A stretch of 64,000 bases of DNA from positions 1 to 64,000 of IMG/VR virus record IMGVR_UViG_3300047319_001872; one strand, written 5' to 3'. The position numbers and the translations under genes are program-made. Of the stretch, positions 8,584-17,310 are shown in pieces. Each line of letters starts with the position of its first letter. Positions within the stretch are counted from its first letter, which is position 1. The notes beneath the pieces are model-generated. The model had not been told where the DNA came from. It saw only the letters and a program-made list of their open reading frames with translations, and made no database searches.

Positions 8584-9402
8584 ATGAACGAAACAATAGA
8601 CAATGTTGTAGACAGCTATGTTCCCCCGTTTACGGGCGAGCATCCCTACTACAAAGGGTATTACCAAGTCCCAGTTGGTCAAAGTCATGTGGTGATTAAC
8701 AAGCGTGGCGAGCTCATCAATCTCATTACAGGCGAGAAACACTTCACGCGGATTGCCGGGAGAGGGTACGTAATTACCACGCTCTGTGACGATGGGATTT
8801 GGAAAAACTACTTAGTCCATCGGCTGGTAGCTTTGCTGTTCGTGGATAAACCTGAACGACACAAAGAGATCAGCTTCGATGAATTGCAAGTGAACCATAT
8901 CGACGGTGACAAGCTGAACAACGTTTGGGATAACCTCGAGTGGGTCACTGGTGAAGAAAACATGAAGCATGCCCGAGAGCACGGGTTGTTTAGCAACCAG
9001 CTCAAGGTTTTGTCCAAAGACGTAGAGACTGGCGAAATGGAGAGCTACTACTCGGTAAGCGAGTGTGCTCGAAAAGCCGGTGTGACCCAGTCGGTCATGT
9101 TCATCCACCTCTGGTCTGTGGCAGCCGGTCGAATCAAACACCTAGGCCGGGTGTACAAGTTCGATGACGGAAAACCATGGCCTGAATTCCTTGCTCCGGA
9201 TGATAGCGAGGAGTACACGCTAGGCAGGGTCTGCGATATTGTCGGAGAGAATATCGAAACAGGTGAACGCACACTTTTTTGTTCAGTCAAACACGCTTGC
9301 CGATTGCTAAAGCTCGACATCGTCGGGTATCGCAATCATAAGGCACGAAAGGGAGCCGCTACCCCCTACAAGGGTTGGCTCTTTTCTCCATTAACCGAAT
9401 GA
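8584..9402 (+). CDS. HNH homing endonuclease (HNH_3 type with NUMOD1-like C-terminal repeats)
   Basis: VHRLVA...[11 protein letters not shown]...NLEWVT..EN motif; two S-V-x-x-A helix-turn-helix-like repeats; codon usage more AT-rich than neighbours. Confidence 0.9.
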   Translation: MNETIDNVVDSYVPPFTGEHPYYKGYYQVPVGQSHVVINKRGELINLITGEKHFTRIAGRGYVITTLCDDGIWKNYLVHRLVALLFVDKPERHKEISFDELQVNHIDGDKLNNVWDNLEWVTGEENMKHAREHGLFSNQLKVLSKDVETGEMESYYSVSECARKAGVTQSVMFIHLWSVAAGRIKHLGRVYKFDDGKPWPEFLAPDDSEEYTLGRVCDIVGENIETGERTLFCSVKHACRLLKLDIVGYRNHKARKGAATPYKGWLFSPLTE

Positions 9403-9411
9403 GGTGACATT

Positions 9412-11679
9412 ATCATACTCTTCGAACAGGACTGGTATCGTTATCCGACCGCGATCATCGACACCAAGACCACCAACAAAAGTTGGATTCGTCTGGCAGC
9501 GGTGTATCGCTCGATGGGTATCAAGAACCACGCCTTCCTGCTCGCGCTGGTGAATCCGAAACTGCAAGGGGTGGACCCCTTCAGCAAGGACCTCACTCCT
9601 GAGCAGATGTACATGATCGCTGTCGAGTGCAAGATCAACCCCTGGTACTTCTTCCGGGAAATCGCACGGGCTCCGGGTAACTCCGGTTCCGATGCGGTGC
9701 CCTTGGAAGCCAACCGGGCGAACATTGCGCTCTACTGGTCCTTCTTTAACCACATCTTCTTTACGCTCATTCAGCCACGTCAGACCGGCAAGTCGTTCTC
9801 GACTGATACGCTGATGAGCTACCTGATGAACGTCGTCTGTACGGGTACCAGCATCAACCTGTTGACGAAGGACGATAACCTGCGCCGCAAGAATATCGAG
9901 CGGATCAAGGAAATCATGTCCGAGCTGCCACCGTACCTGAGCCAACGCTCGAAGGACGATGCGCAGAACGGTGAAGAAATCACCGTGAAGGCCTTGAAGA
10001 ATTCGTACAACACGCACGTGCCGCAATCGAGCCCGAAGCGTGCGTACAACATGGGTCGAGGTCTCACGACCGCGATCTTCCACATCGACGAGCCGCCGTT
10101 CCAGCCCAATATCGCGATTGCATTGCCTGCTGCTCTGGCTGCTACCGGCGCCGCTGTGGAACGGGCCAAGGCCGCGGGCGCGCCGTACGGGACGATCCTG
10201 ACGACGACCGCAGGCAAGAAGGACGACCGCGATGGTCGCTTCATCTACAAGCTGCTGGAAGACTCAGCTTCGTGGACTGAGAAGTTCTTCGACTGCCAGA
10301 ACTGGGCTGAACTCGATCGCATGGTCCGTCGTAATAGCCGCGCGGGTCTGTTCCGGATCAATGGCACCTTCAGTCACCGTCAGTTGGGTAAGAGCGATGA
10401 GTGGCTCAAGCAGAAGATTGAAGAATCGCTGCAGACCGGTGATGATGCGAACCGAGATTACTTTAACCTGTGGACCTCGGGTACGGAAAGCTCCCCGCTC
10501 TCCACCAGCACGGCTGAGATGATCGCTTCGTCGCGTCTGGACGAGCTCTACACTTCCATCAGTGATCCGGACGGCTACATCACGCGCTGGTACATTGCAC
10601 AGGAAGAGATTGAAGAGCGCATGGCGACCGGCAAATTCGTGCTTGGCATGGATACGTCTGAAGCAGGCGGGGGCGATGACATTTCCCTCGTCTTGATGGA
10701 TGTGGAAACCCTGGAGGTGGTCGCAGCGGGCTCGTATAACGAAACCAACCTGATTACCTTCTCCAAGTGGGTGTGCGATACGCTTGTCAGGTATTCGAAC
10801 ATCACAGCAGTCATCGAGCGGCGCTCCACTGGGGCGATGTTGCTGGACTACCTGCTCCTGATGTTGCCCAACTATGGCGAAGATCCGTTTAAACGCGTCT
10901 TTAACAAGGTGGTGCAGGATTACGACGAGTATCCGGATCGCTTCAAGGAAATCAAGGTGCCAATCGGTCGTCGTCCGACTGACATCTACGTGCGCTACAA
11001 GACCACGTTCGGCTTTGCCACCTCCGGTTCGGGGGCCAACAGTCGCAATGCCTTGTATGGTCAGGTGCTTCAAGCTGCGGCCCAGCGCAGCGGCATGAAG
11101 GTGCATGACAAGATGCTCGCCGGGCAGATCCTCGGTCTCGTGTACAAGAATGGTCGCATCGACCACGAAGATGGCGAACACGATGACTTGGTGATCGGCT
11201 GGTTGTTGTGTCACTGGTTCCTCATGCATGGCAAGAACCTGCAACACTATGGCATCGATCCCCGCCAGGTTATGTGTGCAGTCAAAACCAAGCAGACTGA
11301 GTCGCAAGAGGACTTCTTCCGGCGCATGGAGCAACAGACTGTGCGCAGTCGCATCGAGGAGATCTACAACGCACTCACCGGTGAGCACGATGACTTTGTG
11401 GCCGCGCGTCTGGAGCAGGAGCTGCGTATGCTGGATAAGAAGATCATCCTCGAACAGGATGAGATCTATTCGGTGGACGAACTCATCCGCAGTGCTCGGG
11501 AAACCAAGCGCAATAAGGTGAGGACCTCGAACCTGTACCAGCAAAGCCAGCAGAACCAGTACCTCGGTCACAATACGGGGATGCTGGTGACGAGCGAGTT
11601 ACCGATGACGCATGTGGACATGTTTGGTGCACCGGCTAACTACGGCGTGTATTCGACAGCCTCAGGCGCTCGTTGGTAA
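9412..11679 (+). CDS. terL: terminase large subunit (phiKZ gp25-like); the start codon appears non-canonical
   Basis: Walker A-like QPRQTGKS, Walker B FHIDE, RNase H-like nuclease LGMDTSE...HDDLVIGW; the frame is open from 9403 and encodes ILFEQDWYRYPTAIID upstream of the track's GTG at 9502. Confidence 0.92.
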   Translation: MILFEQDWYRYPTAIIDTKTTNKSWIRLAAVYRSMGIKNHAFLLALVNPKLQGVDPFSKDLTPEQMYMIAVECKINPWYFFREIARAPGNSGSDAVPLEANRANIALYWSFFNHIFFTLIQPRQTGKSFSTDTLMSYLMNVVCTGTSINLLTKDDNLRRKNIERIKEIMSELPPYLSQRSKDDAQNGEEITVKALKNSYNTHVPQSSPKRAYNMGRGLTTAIFHIDEPPFQPNIAIALPAALAATGAAVERAKAAGAPYGTILTTTAGKKDDRDGRFIYKLLEDSASWTEKFFDCQNWAELDRMVRRNSRAGLFRINGTFSHRQLGKSDEWLKQKIEESLQTGDDANRDYFNLWTSGTESSPLSTSTAEMIASSRLDELYTSISDPDGYITRWYIAQEEIEERMATGKFVLGMDTSEAGGGDDISLVLMDVETLEVVAAGSYNETNLITFSKWVCDTLVRYSNITAVIERRSTGAMLLDYLLLMLPNYGEDPFKRVFNKVVQDYDEYPDRFKEIKVPIGRRPTDIYVRYKTTFGFATSGSGANSRNALYGQVLQAAAQRSGMKVHDKMLAGQILGLVYKNGRIDHEDGEHDDLVIGWLLCHWFLMHGKNLQHYGIDPRQVMCAVKTKQTESQEDFFRRMEQQTVRSRIEEIYNALTGEHDDFVAARLEQELRMLDKKIILEQDEIYSVDELIRSARETKRNKVRTSNLYQQSQQNQYLGHNTGMLVTSELPMTHVDMFGAPANYGVYSTASGARW

Positions 11680-11695
11680 GCCGTTGGTAGAACGA

Positions 11696-11735
11696 CAGCA
11701 TAGAGCCCAGGGGTTTCCCCCTGGGCCTTATGACG
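11696..11735. terminator. bidirectional hairpin element at a convergent junction
   Basis: CAGCATA...CCCAGGGG-TTTC-CCCCTGGG...TATGACG. Confidence 0.7.
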
Positions 11736-11752
11736 CTGAGGACGCCAAAGCG

Positions 11753-13519
11753 TTAGTTGGTTTGCCAGACTGCCATCGGACAGAGTGCCAGCTCGAGGTC
11801 GTTCTCCGGCGTGCGGAAGAAGAACTTCACCACGAGCGTGCTGCCTGCCGCAATGGCCTGACCAATCGCCAGCTGAGAAGCCCACTGACTGATCGGGAAC
11901 TCCACCGGTGCCTGGTTGGGCAGCAGCAACGCGAACATGTTCGGTTGCGGTGCCTGCGTCTCGACGTTCGGATCGGTGAGCGGCTTGGCCGGGTAGTACA
12001 CCTGGTCGAGGAACGTGTCGAAGTCCGTGAGACCCTGATTGATGTACACCTGCATCAGGTTCTGGTTCACGAAGGTCGTCGACGCATGGGTGTTCAAGCC
12101 ATACGCAGGCGTCTGACCCGGATCGTACGCAATGGTCCAGTTGGTGCCCGTCTTATCCGTACCGTCACGATTGAGCACGAGCCCGATGGTCTGCGTGAAC
12201 TGCACGTTCTTGTAGGCCGGATTCACATCCGAGAGCTTCAACTGCACCTGCAACTGTTGATTCACGCCGTAGCCGTGCGGCAAGAAGGCCGGGCTATTCG
12301 GTGCGAACGTCACATACGGCGTGACCAGTTGCGCAAGGTTGCGATCGAGGTTAAAGAGGTACCAATCCAGATACCAGCCGTTGACCGAGTCAATGAAGCG
12401 CGGCACGCAGAAGAGCTTAAGCGTGTACGCACCGTCGACATTCTCGGTGGTAGCGTTGTACGTTTCCTGGATGAAAGCGGCTCCGCCCGACCCATCGACA
12501 TTGGCTGTGGCGCCGTACACCAGCTCGTCTTGCGACAGATTGTACTTGAGCACCAGCTTGAACTTCTGACCGACGATGGTGGCCACGTACGCGTCCAGCC
12601 CGAAGAGCTGGAACTTGGTCCCGTCGACCGGCATCGAGCCCGTAGTCCCGTCCGAGTAATGGACCTGTCCCATCAGGTTCAGACCATCCTTGGGCACATT
12701 GATCGGGTAGACCAACGTGTTCGGATCGCTCGAGCTCATAAACGGCGAAGTCATCGAGATACCAGTGATGTACTTCTCGCTCGCATCGGTCGAGCGGATA
12801 AACGCCGTGTTCTCAATCAGCAGCTGGCGCTTGGAGAGCACCGTGCCATCCGCCGCGTAGATCACCACGGTGACAATCTCGCCATCGAGCAGCGCGACCT
12901 TGGTGTAGCACTGCTTGATGACCTTCAGTGCGGTGGTGACCACGCCTTGTTGCGACGTTTGCACGACTTCGAGCGGCACGTTCTCGCCCAGCAGGTTGCC
13001 CGACTGATCGTAAAACGCCGAAATCACCGTACCATCATCACCGAGGATGGCGCCCTTGAAGATCTTCGCGTACGATGCCTGGCTACCGCCCACCACCAGA
13101 CGCACGTCGACCGCCATCGAGAACGGCATCACGCTCTGATCGAGGTAGCAGCGATAGGTATCGGACTGCGTCCCAGGGCCGACGCCCATGAGCAGATCGT
13201 CCTCGCTGAATTCCCCCGTCGCTGCGGTGGTGATTGAGAGGAGGGTTGGAATGAGCGTAGTCTGGTCCAGAGCGGCGACCCGATACCACGCATTGGAGCC
13301 CGGTGAGTTATCCACCACGTAGTCGCCCACATTCGGCACGTACATGTTGGTGCCCACCTGGCCACGATAGACCTCGGACAATGCCCAGATCCGAAACCCG
13401 CTGTCCGGGTTATAGACGGGGACACCCCCGTCCGTGCCCGTGACGCTGGTATTCCCAATGGATGCGCCAAGGGTAGCCCCCAGCGGCATCATCAGGGTTG
13501 ATTTACCCAAGACGTCCAT
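11753..13519 (-). CDS. virion structural protein (syntenic with phiKZ gp26; probably baseplate-associated)
   Basis: 588-aa beta-rich ORF between terminase and sheath; TAATG coupling to the upstream gene. Confidence 0.75.
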   Translation of the reverse strand: MDVLGKSTLMMPLGATLGASIGNTSVTGTDGGVPVYNPDSGFRIWALSEVYRGQVGTNMYVPNVGDYVVDNSPGSNAWYRVAALDQTTLIPTLLSITTAATGEFSEDDLLMGVGPGTQSDTYRCYLDQSVMPFSMAVDVRLVVGGSQASYAKIFKGAILGDDGTVISAFYDQSGNLLGENVPLEVVQTSQQGVVTTALKVIKQCYTKVALLDGEIVTVVIYAADGTVLSKRQLLIENTAFIRSTDASEKYITGISMTSPFMSSSDPNTLVYPINVPKDGLNLMGQVHYSDGTTGSMPVDGTKFQLFGLDAYVATIVGQKFKLVLKYNLSQDELVYGATANVDGSGGAAFIQETYNATTENVDGAYTLKLFCVPRFIDSVNGWYLDWYLFNLDRNLAQLVTPYVTFAPNSPAFLPHGYGVNQQLQVQLKLSDVNPAYKNVQFTQTIGLVLNRDGTDKTGTNWTIAYDPGQTPAYGLNTHASTTFVNQNLMQVYINQGLTDFDTFLDQVYYPAKPLTDPNVETQAPQPNMFALLLPNQAPVEFPISQWASQLAIGQAIAAGSTLVVKFFFRTPENDLELALCPMAVWQTN

Positions 13520-16092
13520 TAACTTCCACCTGTGTAGTTTTGGATGTTGACAAAGTTGGCCAGATTCACCAACCCATTCAGATACAGGTTGACAGCGCGC
13601 AGCAAGAACTTGTAGTGGTAGATCGAGGTGCCAATCACCGTCATCAAGTCATGCGGATGGATTTCGACAAAGCGCAGGTCCGGTGTGTTGGCTGGCTGAG
13701 TCGGGTCCATCGTGAGCAGATACGCGTACGGCGCACACAGCTCGCGCACTACGTCGTCGTTGTACTGCAGGTACATGCGCGGATCATCCAGCAAGCCATT
13801 GTTCATGTCGTACAGCAGCTTGCAGGCAAAGGGACTGTAGACCGCCCATTTCTGTTCGATCTGATCCGGCCCACTCGGTTGCGGCATCGGGTAATACTGC
13901 GACATGTAGTCGCTTACCACCTGATCCGTTTCCATGGCGATGGCTCGCAACGAATACGTATCGGTCGTTGTCAACCCGCGCAGCGGCACCACGATGTCGC
14001 GCACCAAGTACGGCGTGCCATTCAGGGCGTTGGGGGCCGAGACCCCGGCATTGCCTTCCTGGAACAGCAACGCGGAACGATCAAGCGTCGCTCCATTTAC
14101 CTGGATGCGCAGCACCTTGTCGTCACGGATGTCAAAGCGGTTGTTATCCGAGAGCAGCCCGTACTGGATAAAACCCTTGTCCTCTTGGGGCGTACGGGTT
14201 TTGTCGGCATTGCAAAAGCCCGTGAAGCGAATGTCCACGTGCTGGGTGCCGCTGCCCGCCAGCCGAAACGCTTTGTTGACGATCACGATCTGCGGAAAAT
14301 TGACATAGTAGTCAATATTCTCCACCAGCGCCTTGCCATTTAACCACAGGTCCAGCTCACCCATTGGGATCTGCATGGTCCAGTTGGTCGTCTGGTTATT
14401 GCGATGCATGCGCTGCGTGAGCGTGAATTCCAGCAAGCCGTCAGTGGTGGTCAGATCCAGCGAATACGCCAAGAAGAAGCGATCACCGCGCACCAGCGTG
14501 TAGAACTTGGTTGGGTCCACCAGCCAGGTGAGTTTGCCATTCGCATCCACTGCGTACGCGCCCGAGCCCGTCACATCCGTCCAGACGTTGGTCGGCACTC
14601 CACCCACGATCGGACAGGTGTACATCCGGTAATCGGTTGCTGAATCCAGCGTTTGCGACGCGATCCCGTAGTTCTCATCCAGTTGGGTATTGCCTGTGCC
14701 CGAAATGAGCTCCACCAGGGTAGCGTTCGAGTAACCGCACGCGTAGATCGAACCTGCCTGATGCGAGGTCCAGCCTAGCAGCGCGCCATTGCTGTCGTAC
14801 TCGTACCCGGTGGACTTCACCTGCAAGCCATACGGCACGTCCACCACGTTCTGGCTGGATTCGATCCGCACTTGCTGCGGCGTATCACCCAGCAGCTTAC
14901 TGATCGCGTTGTAACCCAGCGCGTCTTCGACTTCCGCCTTCGAGAGCACCGGCATCAACGAGCCCATGATCTGCGTATAGGTCGACGACTCCAGGTTCGC
15001 TGCCTTCCAGTTCTCGACGTTCGAGTTGATCCCGAGCAGCGCCCCACGGATCAGGTTATCCGGCAGCTTGTAGAGCTCATGGATGCGGTTATGCTCGAAC
15101 ACCAGCGAGCGGTTCCAGCCCCCATTGCGAATATGCAGTCGCACGTAGCACTGCATCGGGTCCCAACCCTGGTCCGAACAGAATGCATTCACATAGGCCG
15201 GAACAATCGCATAGTCTTTGTGCGTGACCATGCGCAGACTGTCGCCTGCATTGCGATGGTAATACACGCCCTTCCAGCGATTGGAGGGTTGCGGCTGACA
15301 GACGAAGACATCGATGTCGTCTTCGTAGTCGATCTCGTTGACATTGCCCGCATAGTGAAGGAGCCACTTCTGCTTGGTGTCGAGCGTACTGGTGAAAGAC
15401 TGCAGGTCACTGACCTTGAAGTCCACCACCTTGTAGATCGAGGCGTCATAAACGAATTCGACCACATCACCGACATTGACCGTGAACAGATCGATCTGAC
15501 TGACCTTGTAGCCATTCACGTACGCATACACCACGCCTTGCTTCGCTTTGTAAGCAGCCAGATCGTTTTGCAACGTGAGGATCGCGTCGGTGTTCAGCGG
15601 GGTGCGACCCTCGACATAGATCTTCGCGCTCGCATCGGTGGCCGCTTGCGACTTGTAATACGCGTTGCTATAGACCCGCAAGAAGAGCGGCTCGGTGTCG
15701 AGGTTGATGTTGATCTTCGGCTGCACTTGCACCGCGACGATCAGGTTGTGATTCTCCGTGATCATGTACCAGCTTTGCGTACGCGGCATTTGCAGGCCAC
15801 TGTTCGCATACAGGTCCACCATCAGGTTCTCTTTGTTGCACGCGTCAGCAAACGTATTCCAGGTCCACTTGGGGTAGATCCCCAGCAGCATCGGGTTGAC
15901 TTGGCCAATCGAGTAGACATGAAAGCGTGTCTTCTTGACCGGGAACCAGACCGTATTGTTCTGAACCTTGAAATAATTGAACGCACCCCCTACCGGAGTC
16001 AGACGAGCCAGTTCAAGGATCGCCTGATTATCCTGGTAGGGAGCACACCACACGTTTGACAGCGCGTATGCTTCGAGGTAGTCGTAAGCCAT
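13519..16092 (-). CDS. large virion structural protein (syntenic with phiKZ gp27)
   Basis: Start moved to the ATG at 16092 (MAYDYLE...); N-terminal NVWCAPYQD motif; synteny. Confidence 0.78.
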   Translation of the reverse strand: MAYDYLEAYALSNVWCAPYQDNQAILELARLTPVGGAFNYFKVQNNTVWFPVKKTRFHVYSIGQVNPMLLGIYPKWTWNTFADACNKENLMVDLYANSGLQMPRTQSWYMITENHNLIVAVQVQPKININLDTEPLFLRVYSNAYYKSQAATDASAKIYVEGRTPLNTDAILTLQNDLAAYKAKQGVVYAYVNGYKVSQIDLFTVNVGDVVEFVYDASIYKVVDFKVSDLQSFTSTLDTKQKWLLHYAGNVNEIDYEDDIDVFVCQPQPSNRWKGVYYHRNAGDSLRMVTHKDYAIVPAYVNAFCSDQGWDPMQCYVRLHIRNGGWNRSLVFEHNRIHELYKLPDNLIRGALLGINSNVENWKAANLESSTYTQIMGSLMPVLSKAEVEDALGYNAISKLLGDTPQQVRIESSQNVVDVPYGLQVKSTGYEYDSNGALLGWTSHQAGSIYACGYSNATLVELISGTGNTQLDENYGIASQTLDSATDYRMYTCPIVGGVPTNVWTDVTGSGAYAVDANGKLTWLVDPTKFYTLVRGDRFFLAYSLDLTTTDGLLEFTLTQRMHRNNQTTNWTMQIPMGELDLWLNGKALVENIDYYVNFPQIVIVNKAFRLAGSGTQHVDIRFTGFCNADKTRTPQEDKGFIQYGLLSDNNRFDIRDDKVLRIQVNGATLDRSALLFQEGNAGVSAPNALNGTPYLVRDIVVPLRGLTTTDTYSLRAIAMETDQVVSDYMSQYYPMPQPSGPDQIEQKWAVYSPFACKLLYDMNNGLLDDPRMYLQYNDDVVRELCAPYAYLLTMDPTQPANTPDLRFVEIHPHDLMTVIGTSIYHYKFLLRAVNLYLNGLVNLANFVNIQNYTGGS

Positions 16093-16109
16093 AGCCTGCC
16101 TTGGAGAAG

Positions 16110-17027
16110 TTACTTGCCCATCGCCACGTTCACGAGGTTCACGATCTGGCGCGCAAACTGCTGGTTCACCGACATGCTGGAGCGCTCCGCAATCTTGGCG
16201 ATCTGCGAGTTCTTGAACGTGCGTTCGCTGGTCGCCGCCATCATGATGGACAGCCACGTCGGCGGATGCTCGAGGGCCACGGCGATGAGTTCCGGTGCAT
16301 TCGGACCGAACCAGGTGCGCCCCAGAATCTGGTAGAGCACCCCGACGTTAAAGTCTTGCAGGCGGATCGAACCCGTCACTTCTTCAGCGCGATCACAGAA
16401 CTCTTTGATGCCGGTGAGCGGCGCAGTGAATTGATCGAGCACGTCGAGCACGTCGGTGTTCTTCGCGTGCGTGTTCTTGGCAATCGACTGCACCATGCGC
16501 AGCTTATCGCGCTCGGTGAGCTCCTTCATGTCGGTAAAGAGCGACTGATAGAAGAAGCCCGTGTAGACTGCCAGCTTCATCTGTTCGAGCGGATCGAGCG
16601 CAAAGCGGCGCGAGACGTTCTCGCTGATCCAGGCACAGAACACCTGCATGGCAAAGGGCGACACATCGCGCAGCACTTCGGCTGGGTGCGACAACCAGAT
16701 CGAGTTCAGCTTGGCGCGAAACACCAGCAAATCGTATTCGATCGGATTGCGCACGACGAACTCGCGCTGATGCGGATTCCATTTGCCGAAGGGTCGCGTG
16801 TCGATAACCAGATCGAGTTGGTTGCCTTCGCGTTCGATCAGGAGCGGATGCAAAAAGCTCGGGATGGTGGAGGTGAGCGTATCGCTGCCGTCAACCTGAC
16901 GGATGGGCGTATCGGCTACCGGGCTCAGCCAGCCCACGGTCATTGCTTTGGCGACTTCGCCTTGGAGCTTACTGACCGCGAAGCCTTCGCAAGCTTTCGT
17001 GTCGTAGGCTGTTCTGAAGATACTCAT
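16110..17027 (-). CDS. virion structural protein (syntenic with phiKZ gp28)
   Basis: 305-aa ORF divergent from the sheath gene; synteny. Confidence 0.72.
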   Translation of the reverse strand: MSIFRTAYDTKACEGFAVSKLQGEVAKAMTVGWLSPVADTPIRQVDGSDTLTSTIPSFLHPLLIEREGNQLDLVIDTRPFGKWNPHQREFVVRNPIEYDLLVFRAKLNSIWLSHPAEVLRDVSPFAMQVFCAWISENVSRRFALDPLEQMKLAVYTGFFYQSLFTDMKELTERDKLRMVQSIAKNTHAKNTDVLDVLDQFTAPLTGIKEFCDRAEEVTGSIRLQDFNVGVLYQILGRTWFGPNAPELIAVALEHPPTWLSIMMAATSERTFKNSQIAKIAERSSMSVNQQFARQIVNLVNVAMGK

Positions 17028-17178
17028 GTTTCATCCCAGAGTGGTTGGGGTCGCTTGGACCAAAGTGTCTATTCATAGTGAAAACTTACTGCCCATCCTA
17101 TGGCGATTTTTACTTGGGCGCTTTGCAGCTCGAAAGTACCCCTCTGTAGCAGCCCCGGCGAATTAAATTTTAAATACT

Positions 17179-17185
17179 TATGACT
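17179..17185 (+). promoter_or_regulatory. candidate late promoter (TATG) for the sheath-tube operon
   Basis: TATGACT after an AT-rich stretch, 130 nt upstream of the sheath ATG; TATG is the known phiKZ late promoter core. Confidence 0.4.
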
Positions 17186-17310
17186 GACATTTTCCTGCAG
17201 CTGGTGTTTTTGGCCAACTGATTTGGAGGGATACGGTCAGCCTCACCAGAGGACGCCAGGATGTTCAGCATCGTCTTCGAAACCATACCATTCAACTAAG
17301 GAATCGCGAA

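Noticed and set aside
8540-9411. Group I intron carrying the HNH gene inside terL
   Set aside because: The HNH ORF fills the interval, leaving only about 35 nt upstream and about 10 nt downstream, too little for a ribozyme core.
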